Below are positions 51,281-61,261 of a stretch of 64,000 bases of DNA, piece by piece; within the stretch, counting starts at the first letter, position 1; every line of letters starts with the position of its first letter. The notes beneath the pieces were generated by a model, which was not told the origin of the DNA, did not search any database, and saw only the letters and a program-made list of their open reading frames with translations. This DNA is from Chthoniobacteraceae bacterium. GTDB lineage: Bacteria; Verrucomicrobiota; Verrucomicrobiia; Chthoniobacterales; Chthoniobacteraceae. A program made the translations under genes and the position numbers. The stretch spans positions 1 through 64,000 of the forward strand of contig JBBCKI010000063.1 in NCBI GenBank assembly GCA_037190965.1. The letters are read 5' to 3'.

Positions 51281-51718
51281 GTGCGAATTTCCCGCAAGTC
51301 CGAATACGCCATCCGCTCCCTCGTGGCGATGGCCCGCCAGCAGCGCTCCTGGAGCATCCAGGAGCTCTCCGGGCAGGAGGCGATTCCCGTGAAGTTTCTG
51401 GAGCAAATTCTCCTGACATTGCGCCACGCGGGTTATCTTTCCGCGAAGCGTGGTGTGGGCGGCGGCTACACCCTTCGGGCCGCTCCCTCCACCATCAAGG
51501 TCGGCGACGTGATCCGCACGATGGATGGGCCGATCGCCCCGGTTCCCTGCGCGGCGGCGCAGCCTTCCGAAAATTGCACCTGCCCCGATCCCAAGACCTG
51601 CCCGCTACGGCTCCTGATGACGGAAGTACGGGTGGAGATCGCAGGAATGCTCGACTCGCGGACGATCGACGACCTCGTCCAAATGCACCCGGGCAATGCG
51701 CTGGCGTTTGAGATTTAA
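51281..51718 (+). CDS. Rrf2-family transcriptional regulator (4 Cys)
   Basis: RISRKSEYA, IP.KFLEQIL, RG.GGGY and DGPIAPVPC...C.C.....C. Confidence 0.9.
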   Translation: MRISRKSEYAIRSLVAMARQQRSWSIQELSGQEAIPVKFLEQILLTLRHAGYLSAKRGVGGGYTLRAAPSTIKVGDVIRTMDGPIAPVPCAAAQPSENCTCPDPKTCPLRLLMTEVRVEIAGMLDSRTIDDLVQMHPGNALAFEI

Positions 51719-51739
51719 GGGTAAACTCCCCTCTCCCGC

Positions 51740-52504
51740 CTACACCTTCCCCGTTCCCCAGCGGCGATGCAACAACCGCTCCCAGGGTGAGAAGAGGATC
51801 TTGTCGGCCAGCAGGCCGATCACCACGATGATCAGCATGACCCCAATGACCTGATCCATCGCATGGAGGTTACGCCCATAGTCGAGAAGCTGGCCTAGGC
51901 CAAAGCCGGTGAGAATAGTAACAAAAATTTCCGCCGCCATCAGCGATCGCCAGGCGAAGGCCCATCCCTGTTTCATCCCGCTGACGATGAATGGAGCCGA
52001 GGCGGGCAATGTCACGTGGGTCAGGGTGTAAAACGGACCCGCACCCATGGTACGGGCGGCCCGGGCATAAATTGGCGGAACGTTGCGCACGCCGTTGTCA
52101 GTCGCGATGATCACCGACCAAACCGTTCCCATTACGACCACAAAAAGCATGGCGGCCTCCGTCTGCCCGAAGCCGATCAGGGCCAGAGGCACCCAGCAAA
52201 CGCTCGGCAGCGTTTGAAGCCCGAGCGCAAGCACACCGACCGTATCTTCCATGAGCTTGAAACGCGCGACAAGCATCCCCAGCGGAAGCCCCACCGCGAT
52301 CCCCATGAAATAACCGGTCAGGAGCCGCCTGAGCGTCACCCAGGTCGCCTGTGGCAACGTGCCGTCCAGCGTGGATTCCTTGATATAATCCCACACGGCC
52401 AGCGGATCGGGCACCATCACGGGGTTCACCTTGGCTGCTGCCACAAAGTGCCAGGCCACCACGAGCGCGATAAAAAAGAGGACGGAAGAAAAAAAACGTT
52501 TCAT
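51740..52504 (-). CDS. SsuC/TauC-type ABC permease
   Basis: LQTLPSV.W, AARTMGA, LPAS.P and WRSLMAAE. Confidence 0.9.
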   Translation of the reverse strand: MKRFFSSVLFFIALVVAWHFVAAAKVNPVMVPDPLAVWDYIKESTLDGTLPQATWVTLRRLLTGYFMGIAVGLPLGMLVARFKLMEDTVGVLALGLQTLPSVCWVPLALIGFGQTEAAMLFVVVMGTVWSVIIATDNGVRNVPPIYARAARTMGAGPFYTLTHVTLPASAPFIVSGMKQGWAFAWRSLMAAEIFVTILTGFGLGQLLDYGRNLHAMDQVIGVMLIIVVIGLLADKILFSPWERLLHRRWGTGKV

Positions 52505-52524
52505 TTGCTGCGATGACTCTGCCG

Positions 52525-53328
52525 CTATTCTGCCTCCTGAGCGTGAACGTACCCCTTAAGCGCGCGGGTGATCCGCGTGGCATATCCCGCAAGTTCCACG
52601 CTGTTGATGTCGCGCGGACGCGGCAGATCGATCTCAAACTCCTCCCGGATACGCCCCGGATGCGGTGAAAATAGAACCACGCGATTCCCGAGACAGACCG
52701 CCTCGCGCACGTTGTGTGTGACGAAAACGATGGTCTTCTTTCGCTCCGCCCAGATCTTCTGGATATCGCCGTAGAGCTGTTCGCGCGTCAACGCGTCGAG
52801 CGCGGCAAAAGGCTCGTCCATCAGGAGCACGCGCGGGTTTGGGGCCAAGGCGCGCGCCAGGGCAACCCGCTGCTTCATGCCACCGGAAAGCTCGTGGACA
52901 TTCGCGCGAGTGAATTTTTCCAATCCCACCAGTTTGAGATAAAACCGGGCGACTTCCTTGCGCTCGTTGCTGTTGAGATTGGGCTTCAGCTTCAACCCGA
53001 ATAGAACGTTGCCCAGCACATCGAGCCATGGAAAAAGCGCTGACTCCTGGAACATGACCATGCGGTCTCTGCCCGGCTCGGCGATCTCCTTCCCGTCCAT
53101 GAGCGTCTGTCCGCTGTCGGGCTGTTCCAACCCGGCGATGATGTTGAGAAGGGTCGATTTTCCGCAACCGCTTGGCCCCACGAGGCAGACGAAGTCCCCC
53201 TCCCCGATCTGGAGAGAAACTTTATCCAGGGCATGCACGGTCCCGCGGTTGGTGCGGAACACCTTGGATACATCCTCAATCGCCAATTTGGCCGGTGTCG
53301 CGGCCTGAAGTTCGTCCGAAAGTGTCAT
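52525..53328 (-). CDS. SsuB/TauB-type ABC ATPase
   Basis: GPSGCGKS, LFPW, LSGGMKQR and MDEPFAALD. Confidence 0.92.
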   Translation of the reverse strand: MTLSDELQAATPAKLAIEDVSKVFRTNRGTVHALDKVSLQIGEGDFVCLVGPSGCGKSTLLNIIAGLEQPDSGQTLMDGKEIAEPGRDRMVMFQESALFPWLDVLGNVLFGLKLKPNLNSNERKEVARFYLKLVGLEKFTRANVHELSGGMKQRVALARALAPNPRVLLMDEPFAALDALTREQLYGDIQKIWAERKKTIVFVTHNVREAVCLGNRVVLFSPHPGRIREEFEIDLPRPRDINSVELAGYATRITRALKGYVHAQEAE

Positions 53329-53351
53329 TGAAAAGTCAAAGCGTCGATGCG

Positions 53352-53520
53352 TTGGAGCGTTTTTGAGTTAAATGTTTACAATTATTTGCGAGCGCCGTGG
53401 GTTGGTGCGCGGTTTTTCAAGCAAAGTGGCTGTATTTCCAATACTGCCCGAGCTTGAAAGGCCCCGCAACGACCGGCGCCGCCGCAAAAAATGTAAACAG
53501 GAAATTCAAAACCGTTCTAA
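53352..53520. mobile_element. MITE family A, diverged copy inside the ABC operon
   Basis: Aligns by eye to 59540-59708; ends TGGAGCG... and ...CCGTTCTA. Confidence 0.8.
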
Positions 53521-53523
53521 AAT

Positions 53524-54489
53524 TCAGGGCTTGGTCACGGGATTCACGACCAGACGCTGGAGATCCGGCACCTTTCGCAAGAACCCCGCTTCCTTCGCAT
53601 TCTTCACGTAAGTCTCCAGACTCTTCATGTCGACCTCATTGGTCAAGATAATGCGAGGCCAGGCCGCCGCAATCAGCTCCGGGGAGATCTTCGACTTCGT
53701 CTCCTCGGAGAGTTCCGCCACCACGCGCCGCTGGGCTTCCTCCGGATTGGCCTTGACCCAGTCCGTCAGCTCCCGATGGGCTTTGACGAGTTTCTCCAGA
53801 AGCTTCGGTTGCTCTTTCTGAAACTTGACGCTGGAGACGAGCACTGTCGTCACGGCATCCCGATCTTCCACAAAAACGACTCCGCCCGCATCGCGAACGA
53901 GCCGGGAGACCCACGGCTCGACGGTCCACGCGGCGTCGATCTTTCCGGCGCTGAAGAGCGCAAACTGGTCAGGATTTGCCGTCGGGATCACCTGGGCGTC
54001 CCCGCCGAGCTGCGTGATCTTGAGCCCCTGCTCTTTCAACCACGCCCGGGCAGCCACGTCCTGAGTATTACCAAGCTGCGGCGTCGCAATTCGCTTCCCT
54101 TTGAAATCCGCGCCGGTTTTGATCCCGGCATCCGGTCGAACCACCAGGGCCTCGCCGCCATTCACAGAGCCGGCAACGATACGAACCTCTTCGCCCTGCG
54201 ATTTGGCAAACGCGTTGATGGCGGGACTGGGGCCGACGTAGGTTACATCAATGCTTTGCGCGAACACCCCCTCCATCGCGCTCGGGCCCGCGTTATAAAT
54301 GTACCAGTCGATCTTGACGTCCGGTCCAAGCCGTTCTTCAAACCAGCCTTTGCCTTCGCGAGAGAAATTATGGGCAATGAGGGCCTGCACATGCGTGACA
54401 TTCGGGAAGTGCCCGACGCGAATCCGCGTCTCCGCCTGTGCTCCCGCCAAGGTAAGGGCCCAAAGTGCGGCTGCGATGAGTGGTTTCAT
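53524..54489 (-). CDS. SsuA-type (aliphatic sulfonate/nitrate) ABC substrate-binding protein
   Basis: Signal peptide; GHFPNVTH, NAGPSA, YVGPSPAIN, ATPQLGNTQD and EPW. Confidence 0.9.
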   Translation of the reverse strand: MKPLIAAALWALTLAGAQAETRIRVGHFPNVTHVQALIAHNFSREGKGWFEERLGPDVKIDWYIYNAGPSAMEGVFAQSIDVTYVGPSPAINAFAKSQGEEVRIVAGSVNGGEALVVRPDAGIKTGADFKGKRIATPQLGNTQDVAARAWLKEQGLKITQLGGDAQVIPTANPDQFALFSAGKIDAAWTVEPWVSRLVRDAGGVVFVEDRDAVTTVLVSSVKFQKEQPKLLEKLVKAHRELTDWVKANPEEAQRRVVAELSEETKSKISPELIAAAWPRIILTNEVDMKSLETYVKNAKEAGFLRKVPDLQRLVVNPVTKP

Positions 54490-54525
54490 AAGAGGAATGA
54501 TCGGTTCTTCGAACTACCGCGTTTT

Positions 54526-55170
54526 CTATCGTGTCTTTGAGGCCCGGCTTTTACTCTTGGGCGCGTCGGCCTTGGCGCGGAGCTTCAAGGAGGCTTGTTT
54601 GCCAACTTCCTTCTCCTTGAGCTTCGCCTTTGGTCTCACCTTCGAACCCAATCGGGCACCCCCGGTCACCGCCGGGCTTTCCGAGATCGGCCTGCTCAAC
54701 AGCCCCTCGATAAAAGGAATCTCCGGCTTGTTGCGGCGGATTTTCTTGAGCGTCATCGACACCGTGTCTTCCAGGGTGAAACGGTCGAGAATATTGGCGA
54801 TGGCGTTGCGTACGTCGTTCATCAACATCCGCAGGCCGCAATGCTCCTCGTCGGGACAACTGCACCGCTCGTAGGCCGTATGACTCACGCAGGCAATCGG
54901 GGCCAGCGGACCATCGATGAGACGAATCACCTGGCCAAACTTGATCTTGGGGGCGGGCATCAAGAGGAAATAACCGCCCAGCTTCCCGCGTTTGCTATCA
55001 ATATAGCAGGCCTCCTTGAGCTGGGTCAGGATCTGCTCCAGAAACTTGATGGGGAGATTCTCTTTTTCGGCGAGTTCTCCGATCTGGACAAGAGGCCGCC
55101 CCAGTTCATGCGCGATCCCGATATTGATCAACGCGCGGAGTGCATATTCGCCTCGTTTGGAAACTTTCAT
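54526..55170 (-). CDS. Rrf2-family regulator (4 Cys) with a Lys-rich tail
   Basis: MKVSKRGEYA, KFLEQIL, RGKLGGY and CVS.....RCSC.....C. Confidence 0.9.
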   Translation of the reverse strand: MKVSKRGEYALRALINIGIAHELGRPLVQIGELAEKENLPIKFLEQILTQLKEACYIDSKRGKLGGYFLLMPAPKIKFGQVIRLIDGPLAPIACVSHTAYERCSCPDEEHCGLRMLMNDVRNAIANILDRFTLEDTVSMTLKKIRRNKPEIPFIEGLLSRPISESPAVTGGARLGSKVRPKAKLKEKEVGKQASLKLRAKADAPKSKSRASKTR

Positions 55171-55278
55171 GGGAAGAGAGGCAAACCTATGGACGCGGCC
55201 CTCTCGAAGCAACCCCTTTTCGCTCCAAAACGGTTCCCTCGCCCAGAGGCGGCCTAGAGAGTTGGAATCAGGGACAAG

Positions 55279-55325
55279 ATACAACATCTTGTGGTTTCCG
55301 CCCTGGCGCGGCGGCTAGATTGTGC
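55279..55325. promoter_or_regulatory. Tandem NrdR-box-like sites upstream of smc
   Basis: ATACAACATCTTGTGG (55279-55294) and a half-match GGCGGCTAGATTGTGC (55310-55325), 31 bp apart. Confidence 0.5.
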
Positions 55326-55431
55326 TTGCGAGCAGTTCCCCCCTCCTCTACCGTGCCGATTCAGCGCTCCCTGAGGCGATTTGCCCCGACGGTTGCGCCG
55401 CCGTTCGTTTTAACCCACCTTTTCCCAGCCT

Positions 55432-58400
55432 ATGTACCTCCAGTCGCTCGAAATCTTCGGCTTCAAGTCGTTCGCTGCAAAGACGGTTCTCCAGTTTCAC
55501 CGGGGAGTCACCGTCATTGTCGGGCCCAACGGTTGCGGGAAGTCGAACGTGCTCGACGCGATCCGGTGGGTTCTGGGGGAACAATCCGCCAAGGCGCTCC
55601 GGGGCGGCGAAATGGCGGACGTCATTTTCTCCGGCACTGATTCCCGCTCCGCCCTCGGCATGGCGGAAGTCTCCATGACGTTCGCGGACTGCGAGAAAGA
55701 CCTCGGCGTGGCATGGAACGAGGTGACCATCACCCGCCGTGTTTTCCGCGACGGCCAGGGCGAGTACCTGCTCAACAAGACCCCCTGCCGGTTGCGCGAC
55801 ATCAACCAGCTCTTCATGGACACCGGCGTGGGCCGGAGCGCCTACTCGATCATGGAGCAGGGCAAGATTGACCAGATTCTTTCCTCCCGCCCGGAGGATC
55901 GCCGCGCGATCTTCGAGGAAGCCGCAGGAATCACAAAATTCAAGGCGCAGCGCAAGGAGGCTCTTCGCAAGCTGGAAGCCACCGAAGCCAATCTGCTCCG
56001 GTTGACGGACGTCATCCGCGAGGTGAAACGCCAAATCGGGTCCCTCCAGCGGCAGGCCGCCAAGGCACGCCGTTACAAGGGCCTTCTCCATGACGTCCGT
56101 GTGCTGGAGACACACAACGCCAAGCGCCTTTACGACGAACTCGACGCCCAGCGCAACACCGCCGCCGACGCGATGGCGCGGCTCTCCAGCGACCAGGGGC
56201 TGCGCGAACGCGATCTGCAAGAACAGGAGCGTACCGTGGGCGAGCAGCGGATGGAGTTGGAGATCATGGAGGAGAAGCTCACCGAGGCGCGCCAGGCGGT
56301 GAACGAACTCAAAAACCGGATCACCCAGGGCGAGAGCCGCATCGGCTTCAACGGAGAACGGGTGGCGGAATTTGCCGGGCTGGTGGAGCGGTACGAGCGC
56401 GACATCGCCGGGGCCGAGGAGAAACTGGAGTTCCAGCAGACGCAGATCGAAAACGCAGATGTCGAGTTGGAGACCATCCAGCAGAGCCTCGCCAGCGAAG
56501 AAGCGTTGCTTGGCGAACGGCAGGCTTCCGCAGGAAACCTCGTCGCCGAGCGCGCCGAGACGGAACGGCGTTACCAGGGCATTTTTTCCCAGATCACCGG
56601 GATCGAGGGGCGTCTCTCCTCGCTCCGCAGCGAGATTGCCGCCAGCGTCAACACCCGCGACGGCGCGCATGCGAGAATGGCCATCCTCGCCGAGGAAATC
56701 GAAAAATTCAACGGGGCCGCCGACGCGCTGGAGGCGAAAAACCTCGAACTGACCGCGCAGGTGGAACAAACCACCGGGCAACTCGAAGCGCGCAAGTGCG
56801 AGGTCGGCGAAGCCGAAGTCCTCGCGCGCAACACCCAGGCGGAACTCTCCGAGATCGACAAAACCGTTCACACCGAGGGCCGCCGTTTACAGGAACGCGA
56901 GTCAAAGCTCGACGTGCTTCGCCAACTGAACGCGGACGGCGAAGGCTTTTCGCAGGGAACACAGGCCGTCCTGAAGGGACTCGACGATCCGTCGTTCTAC
57001 AAACCGGCGGTGATGGGTGCGCTGGCGCAGTTCATCGAGGTCGGCTCGGCTTTCATTACGCCCATCGAAGCCGCGCTGGGGCAGAACCTTCAGGCGATCG
57101 TCATGAAGGACACAATGATCGCCGAGGCGGTGGTCAAAAATCTCGTGCAGAAGAAGCTCGGGCGTGCCTCCCTCGCCTTACGGCAGCTCTGGCCGGAGAA
57201 CGCCTCCCCTGCCCCCGTTACCGCGCTCGACCTCCCGGTCGGCGCGCTCGGATGGGCGGCAGACAAGGTGAAAGCCCAACCCGAAGTCGAACCGCTCGTG
57301 AAGCGGCTCTTGGCCGGAACGGTGATTGTCGAAAATCTTGAAACGGCGGTGCGTCTCGCGGCATCCGGCGCATCCTGGCAATTCGTCACGCTGGCGGGCG
57401 AACTCCTCACCCGCGAAGGCATTGTTCAAGGCGGACAAAACAAAGACGGCGGCACCTCCGTGCTCCAGCGCAAGTCCCAGATCACGGAGTTGGAGACGGA
57501 ATCCCAAAGCATCCGCGCCGCCCTGGCCGAACTCACCGAACGCCGCGGCGATACCGCGTCCCGGCTTGAGTCCGCACAGGCCCGGCTTCAGGAGGCCCGC
57601 GACGATTCCCAGACGCTCAACCTGACGCTCACGCATCTGCGCGGGCAACTGACCACCGTCGAACGCGAAATCAAAGAGACCGGCAGGAAAGCCCTCGCGC
57701 TCACCGCCGAGCGGGAGGCCATCGAACGCCGTCACGACGAAGCCGCCGCCAAACTTGGGCAACTCGACGAAGAGGCGGAGGCCGCCGCAGCCCAAATTTC
57801 CGAACTCCAGGCGCAGCAAGGCGAACTTAACGATTCGCTTGCGGCCCTGCGGGAGAGCGAATCGATGCTGACCGGCGAGCTCAACGAAATGCGCGTGCGG
57901 GTCGCCACGGAGAAGCAGCGTTTTTCCTCGCTCCAGAATCAACGCCAACCGATGCATGCGCGGCTCTCCGAGTTGCGCGAGATGATCGAGCAGCGCCGCC
58001 GCGACATTGAAGGATACAATCTCAAGAGCACGCAACTGGCGGAAGACTCCGAGAACGTCCGCGCGGGTGTCACGCAGGCGCAGGGGCGACTGGGCGAAGC
58101 CGAGGAACGCGTGCAAACCCTGCTGACCGAACGTTCACAATTGGCGGCGCAGGTGGAAACGCAGGAGAACCTCCTGCGACAAACCCGGCACGATCTTGGC
58201 AAGACCCACGAGCAGCGCACGCAACTGGAAGTGCGCGGTTCGAAGCTGCAACTGCGGCTGGAGAATCTCTGCGAGCATGTGCAGCGCCGCTATCAGTTCG
58301 ACATCAAAGAGTTCGAGCCCGACACCTACGCGCTGCTGACCACCATCCGGGAGCAGAAGAAACGGCTCAAGGGCGGCCCCGTGGAAGAGAACGATGCGCC

Positions 58401-59382
58401 CCCGCGCGTCTTCTCCTCGGAGACGGATGCGAACGCGGCACCCGAGGCCAAAGCCGATCCCGAAACCGATGCCGTCGAACCGGTCGCCAAGGAAGTTGTG
58501 GAAGCCGTCGATGAAGCACCCGTTCCCATCGACGAACCGGTGGACTGGGAGTTCGTCGAGCGGATCGTCAAGGAACTCGACCAGAAGCTCGAATCGATGG
58601 GTCCCGTCAACATCGACGCCATTCAGGAGTACGACGAACTCGAAGAACGCTACAAATTCCTGGAACAGCAGAACACCGACCTCAACAACTCCAAGGCAGA
58701 GTTGCTGGAGGTGATCGCGAAGATCAACACCACGACGAAGACTCTCTTCGCCGAGACGTTCGAAAAAGTCCGCGTCAACTTCCAGGAGATGTTCACGGAA
58801 CTCTTCGGCGGCGGAAAGGCCAACCTCGTGCTCCTCGACGAGAGCGATCCTCTGGAGAGCGGCATCGAAATCATCGCCAAGCCTCCCGGCAAACAGTTGA
58901 CCTCGATCACGCTGCTTTCCGGCGGTGAAAAGACGATGACGGCGGTGGCCCTCCTTTTCTCGATCTACATGGTCAAGCCCTCGCCCTTCTGCGTGCTGGA
59001 CGAGATGGACGCTCCGCTGGACGAATCGAACATCAACCGCTTCATCAAGATCCTCGACCGGTTTTCCTCGCAGAGCCAGTTCGTCGTCATCTCCCACAAC
59101 AAGCGCACCATCGCAAAGGCCGACATCATCTACGGTGTGACAATGGAAGAGCACGGCGTCTCGAAACTGGTCGGCGTGAAGTTCACCAAACGCGAGGATT
59201 CCCAGCAAGGATCCGACGTGATCGGCGCGGGCAATCCCGCCCCGATCCCCAGCGTCGCCGAGAGCTTCGGCAAGCATGGCGATCTCCACAGCGAGCGGCA
59301 GCAGGCGCAGGCCGCCCCCGCCCAAGAGAAAGAGTCACCGGCCTCCGAAACCGCCTCCGAAGAAACGGAAGAGACCGCGTGA
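55432..59382 (+). CDS. smc: Chromosome segregation protein SMC
   Basis: GFKSF, GPNGCGKSN, coiled coils with a hinge, LSGGEK and LDEMDAPLD. Confidence 0.98.
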   Translation: MYLQSLEIFGFKSFAAKTVLQFHRGVTVIVGPNGCGKSNVLDAIRWVLGEQSAKALRGGEMADVIFSGTDSRSALGMAEVSMTFADCEKDLGVAWNEVTITRRVFRDGQGEYLLNKTPCRLRDINQLFMDTGVGRSAYSIMEQGKIDQILSSRPEDRRAIFEEAAGITKFKAQRKEALRKLEATEANLLRLTDVIREVKRQIGSLQRQAAKARRYKGLLHDVRVLETHNAKRLYDELDAQRNTAADAMARLSSDQGLRERDLQEQERTVGEQRMELEIMEEKLTEARQAVNELKNRITQGESRIGFNGERVAEFAGLVERYERDIAGAEEKLEFQQTQIENADVELETIQQSLASEEALLGERQASAGNLVAERAETERRYQGIFSQITGIEGRLSSLRSEIAASVNTRDGAHARMAILAEEIEKFNGAADALEAKNLELTAQVEQTTGQLEARKCEVGEAEVLARNTQAELSEIDKTVHTEGRRLQERESKLDVLRQLNADGEGFSQGTQAVLKGLDDPSFYKPAVMGALAQFIEVGSAFITPIEAALGQNLQAIVMKDTMIAEAVVKNLVQKKLGRASLALRQLWPENASPAPVTALDLPVGALGWAADKVKAQPEVEPLVKRLLAGTVIVENLETAVRLAASGASWQFVTLAGELLTREGIVQGGQNKDGGTSVLQRKSQITELETESQSIRAALAELTERRGDTASRLESAQARLQEARDDSQTLNLTLTHLRGQLTTVEREIKETGRKALALTAEREAIERRHDEAAAKLGQLDEEAEAAAAQISELQAQQGELNDSLAALRESESMLTGELNEMRVRVATEKQRFSSLQNQRQPMHARLSELREMIEQRRRDIEGYNLKSTQLAEDSENVRAGVTQAQGRLGEAEERVQTLLTERSQLAAQVETQENLLRQTRHDLGKTHEQRTQLEVRGSKLQLRLENLCEHVQRRYQFDIKEFEPDTYALLTTIREQKKRLKGGPVEENDAPPRVFSSETDANAAPEAKADPETDAVEPVAKEVVEAVDEAPVPIDEPVDWEFVERIVKELDQKLESMGPVNIDAIQEYDELEERYKFLEQQNTDLNNSKAELLEVIAKINTTTKTLFAETFEKVRVNFQEMFTELFGGGKANLVLLDESDPLESGIEIIAKPPGKQLTSITLLSGGEKTMTAVALLFSIYMVKPSPFCVLDEMDAPLDESNINRFIKILDRFSSQSQFVVISHNKRTIAKADIIYGVTMEEHGVSKLVGVKFTKREDSQQGSDVIGAGNPAPIPSVAESFGKHGDLHSERQQAQAAPAQEKESPASETASEETEETA

Positions 59383-59437
59383 CGTCGACGGAGGATTGCG
59401 ACCTTTTCAGTGGAATCCAAGGCGGTGCGGCAACACC

Positions 59438-59528
59438 GGTAGCACGCTCGCGCCGTCGAGCGCGGGGTTCGGTTCCCGTGGCTTCATGAGGGCCGCATCC
59501 CAATCCCAGCAGCGCATCCTGCGGGGAT
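59438..59528. repeat. REPIN-like element, left part (truncated)
   Basis: GGTAGCACGCTCGCGCCGTCGAGCGCGGG plus a spacer like the 21431 copy; stops just before the MITE. Confidence 0.75.
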
Positions 59529-59539
59529 CCCCGTACAGA

Positions 59540-59708
59540 TAGAGCGTTTTAAGTAAAGATGTAGCCGTTGATTTTGCGAGCGCCGTGGGCTGGTGCGCGG
59601 TTTTTCAAGCGAAGTGGCTGTATTTTCAATACTGCCCGAGCTTGAAGGGCCGCGCAACGGCCCGCGCCGCCGCAAAGCAATGGCTACAGAATTAATTAAA
59701 CCGCTCTA
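59540..59708 (+). mobile_element. MITE family A (169 bp)
   Basis: 27-bp imperfect TIRs TAGAGCGTTTTAAGTAAAGATGTAGCC / GGCTACAGAATTAATTAAACCGCTCTA. Confidence 0.85.
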
Positions 59709-59940
59709 AGCGGTATCAAAACAGTTGCCACCCCGTTCAAAAAAAGAAGTCGAAGAGATCGAAAGCGCAGGACTCGGAAATATCGCCTCCTATCAAACGC
59801 CGTCCCCAATACCAGTCGCGAAACCGGCTTGGCAAGATGGGGAACGGTTTGATGACTGGCCGGTTTCAAGGATCCGGTAGGGACATGCTGTAGGCGATAC
59901 GGGAACCCAGCCTACATTTTCAATCACTCTCAAGTAAGGA

Positions 59941-60864
59941 TCAACCCGGGCGTTTCCCAGTGGAAATTTCGGAATGGATCTTTAAAAAGCGCTCACGGAT
60001 TTCCGCTACGGTTCCTATGGTGAAATAGGCATCGTAAGAATACCGCAACCCGGGAGTGAGCGCAAATGTGCGAATCGGGGCTACATAAGAACAGTTCACA
60101 TCGCCCCCATTCTTGTCGCGAAATCGATAGCAGGTGGCCTCAATAACAGAGGGCACATAGGCACCAACACCGTGCCCCCTTTCATTAACATAAGCCACCC
60201 AATTCTCGGTCATTTTGATATACTCATTCGTCAGGCCGGGAGCGATATTTGTAACAGGGTTATTCATCCATGGAGTTTCCCCATCATAGGTCACCAGTGT
60301 ATCCAGCGAAGCATCAAGAAAAATCGCCGGCAACTCCTGATGCCGGGGCTCATGAGTTTTAGTGCCGTTATACGTAAATACATACCGCACATGCATCACG
60401 TTTTCCTCAAACGAGATCCATTGCTCCATCAGGCACTCCGAAAGCTCCTCTCCGCTGGCCCAATGGAGCGGAATGGACCTTGCGTATAGCGAATCACCTT
60501 CCTTCGTGATTTCCGGTATGGGAGGGGATTTTCCTTAATAGTCACCTCCTTGCACGGGAGTATAGCGCCACTCCTTAGTCACCCATCTGCTCCCGTCAAC
60601 GTCTCCATAGTACGACTGTTGAACCAGACGTCCACGATCATAGTGATTTAAGAGATTCTTGGTGGAGCCTGCCTTGGAAAAGTAGCCTATGCCTGCGCCC
60701 GAGTTCTTAAGGATCCCAACCTTAAGGTCAGAATTTCTTAAATAGATCCAATCGCTTGCGGCTCCTGAAACGCTATCGGCCACCCCTTTGCTCAAAGGAA
60801 ATGCGATCGCGAGAGACGTCAAAAGAAATCTGACGTTAGAGAAAAATATCAAACAGATCCTCAT
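59941..60864 (-). pseudogene. Low-GC secreted hypothetical protein split by one in-frame TAA
   Basis: ORFs 60535-60864 and 59941-60429 share a frame; reads PVQGGDY*GKSPPIPEI...WASGEELSECLMEQW. Confidence 0.75.
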
Positions 60865-60931
60865 GAATAAATGAGCTATTTTACAGAATTTCGTTATCGA
60901 TTTTCAACGGCTTTTCGCCGCCCAAGTGATT

Positions 60932-61100
60932 TAGAGCGGTTTAATTAATTCTGTAGCCATTGCTTTGCGGCGACGCGGGCCGTTGCGCGGCCCTTCAAGC
61001 TCGGGCAGTATTGAAAATACAGCCACTTCGCTTGAAAAACCGCGCACCAGCCCACGGCGCTCGCAAAATCAACGGCTACATCTTTACTCAAAACGCTCTA
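60932..61100 (-). mobile_element. MITE family A, inverted near-identical copy
   Basis: Reverse complement of 59540-59708 with about 2 differences seen by eye. Confidence 0.88.
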
Positions 61101-61260
61101 ATGTCCTGTCAGATTAATACTTTAAATAAGTCCGAGGTGATTTTTCGAATCTCCAAGGCGCGAGTAAGGGCGGTATCTGAAGATACCGACCGCACGAGCA
61201 ACGCCGGAGATTCGGAAAAGCGCCCGGAATTATGACAAGGATTTGGCTGACAGGACACTA
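61099..61260. mobile_element. MITE family B (~162 bp), sharing a TA with MITE A
   Basis: TIRs TAATGTCCTGTCAG / CTGACAGGACACTA; central hairpin CGGTATCTGAAGATACCG. Confidence 0.75.
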
Positions 61261-61261
61261 A

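Noticed and set aside
60535..60537. Stop-codon recoding in the cargo gene
   Set aside because: The stop is TAA, with no recoding signal seen; a nonsense mutation or sequencing error is simpler
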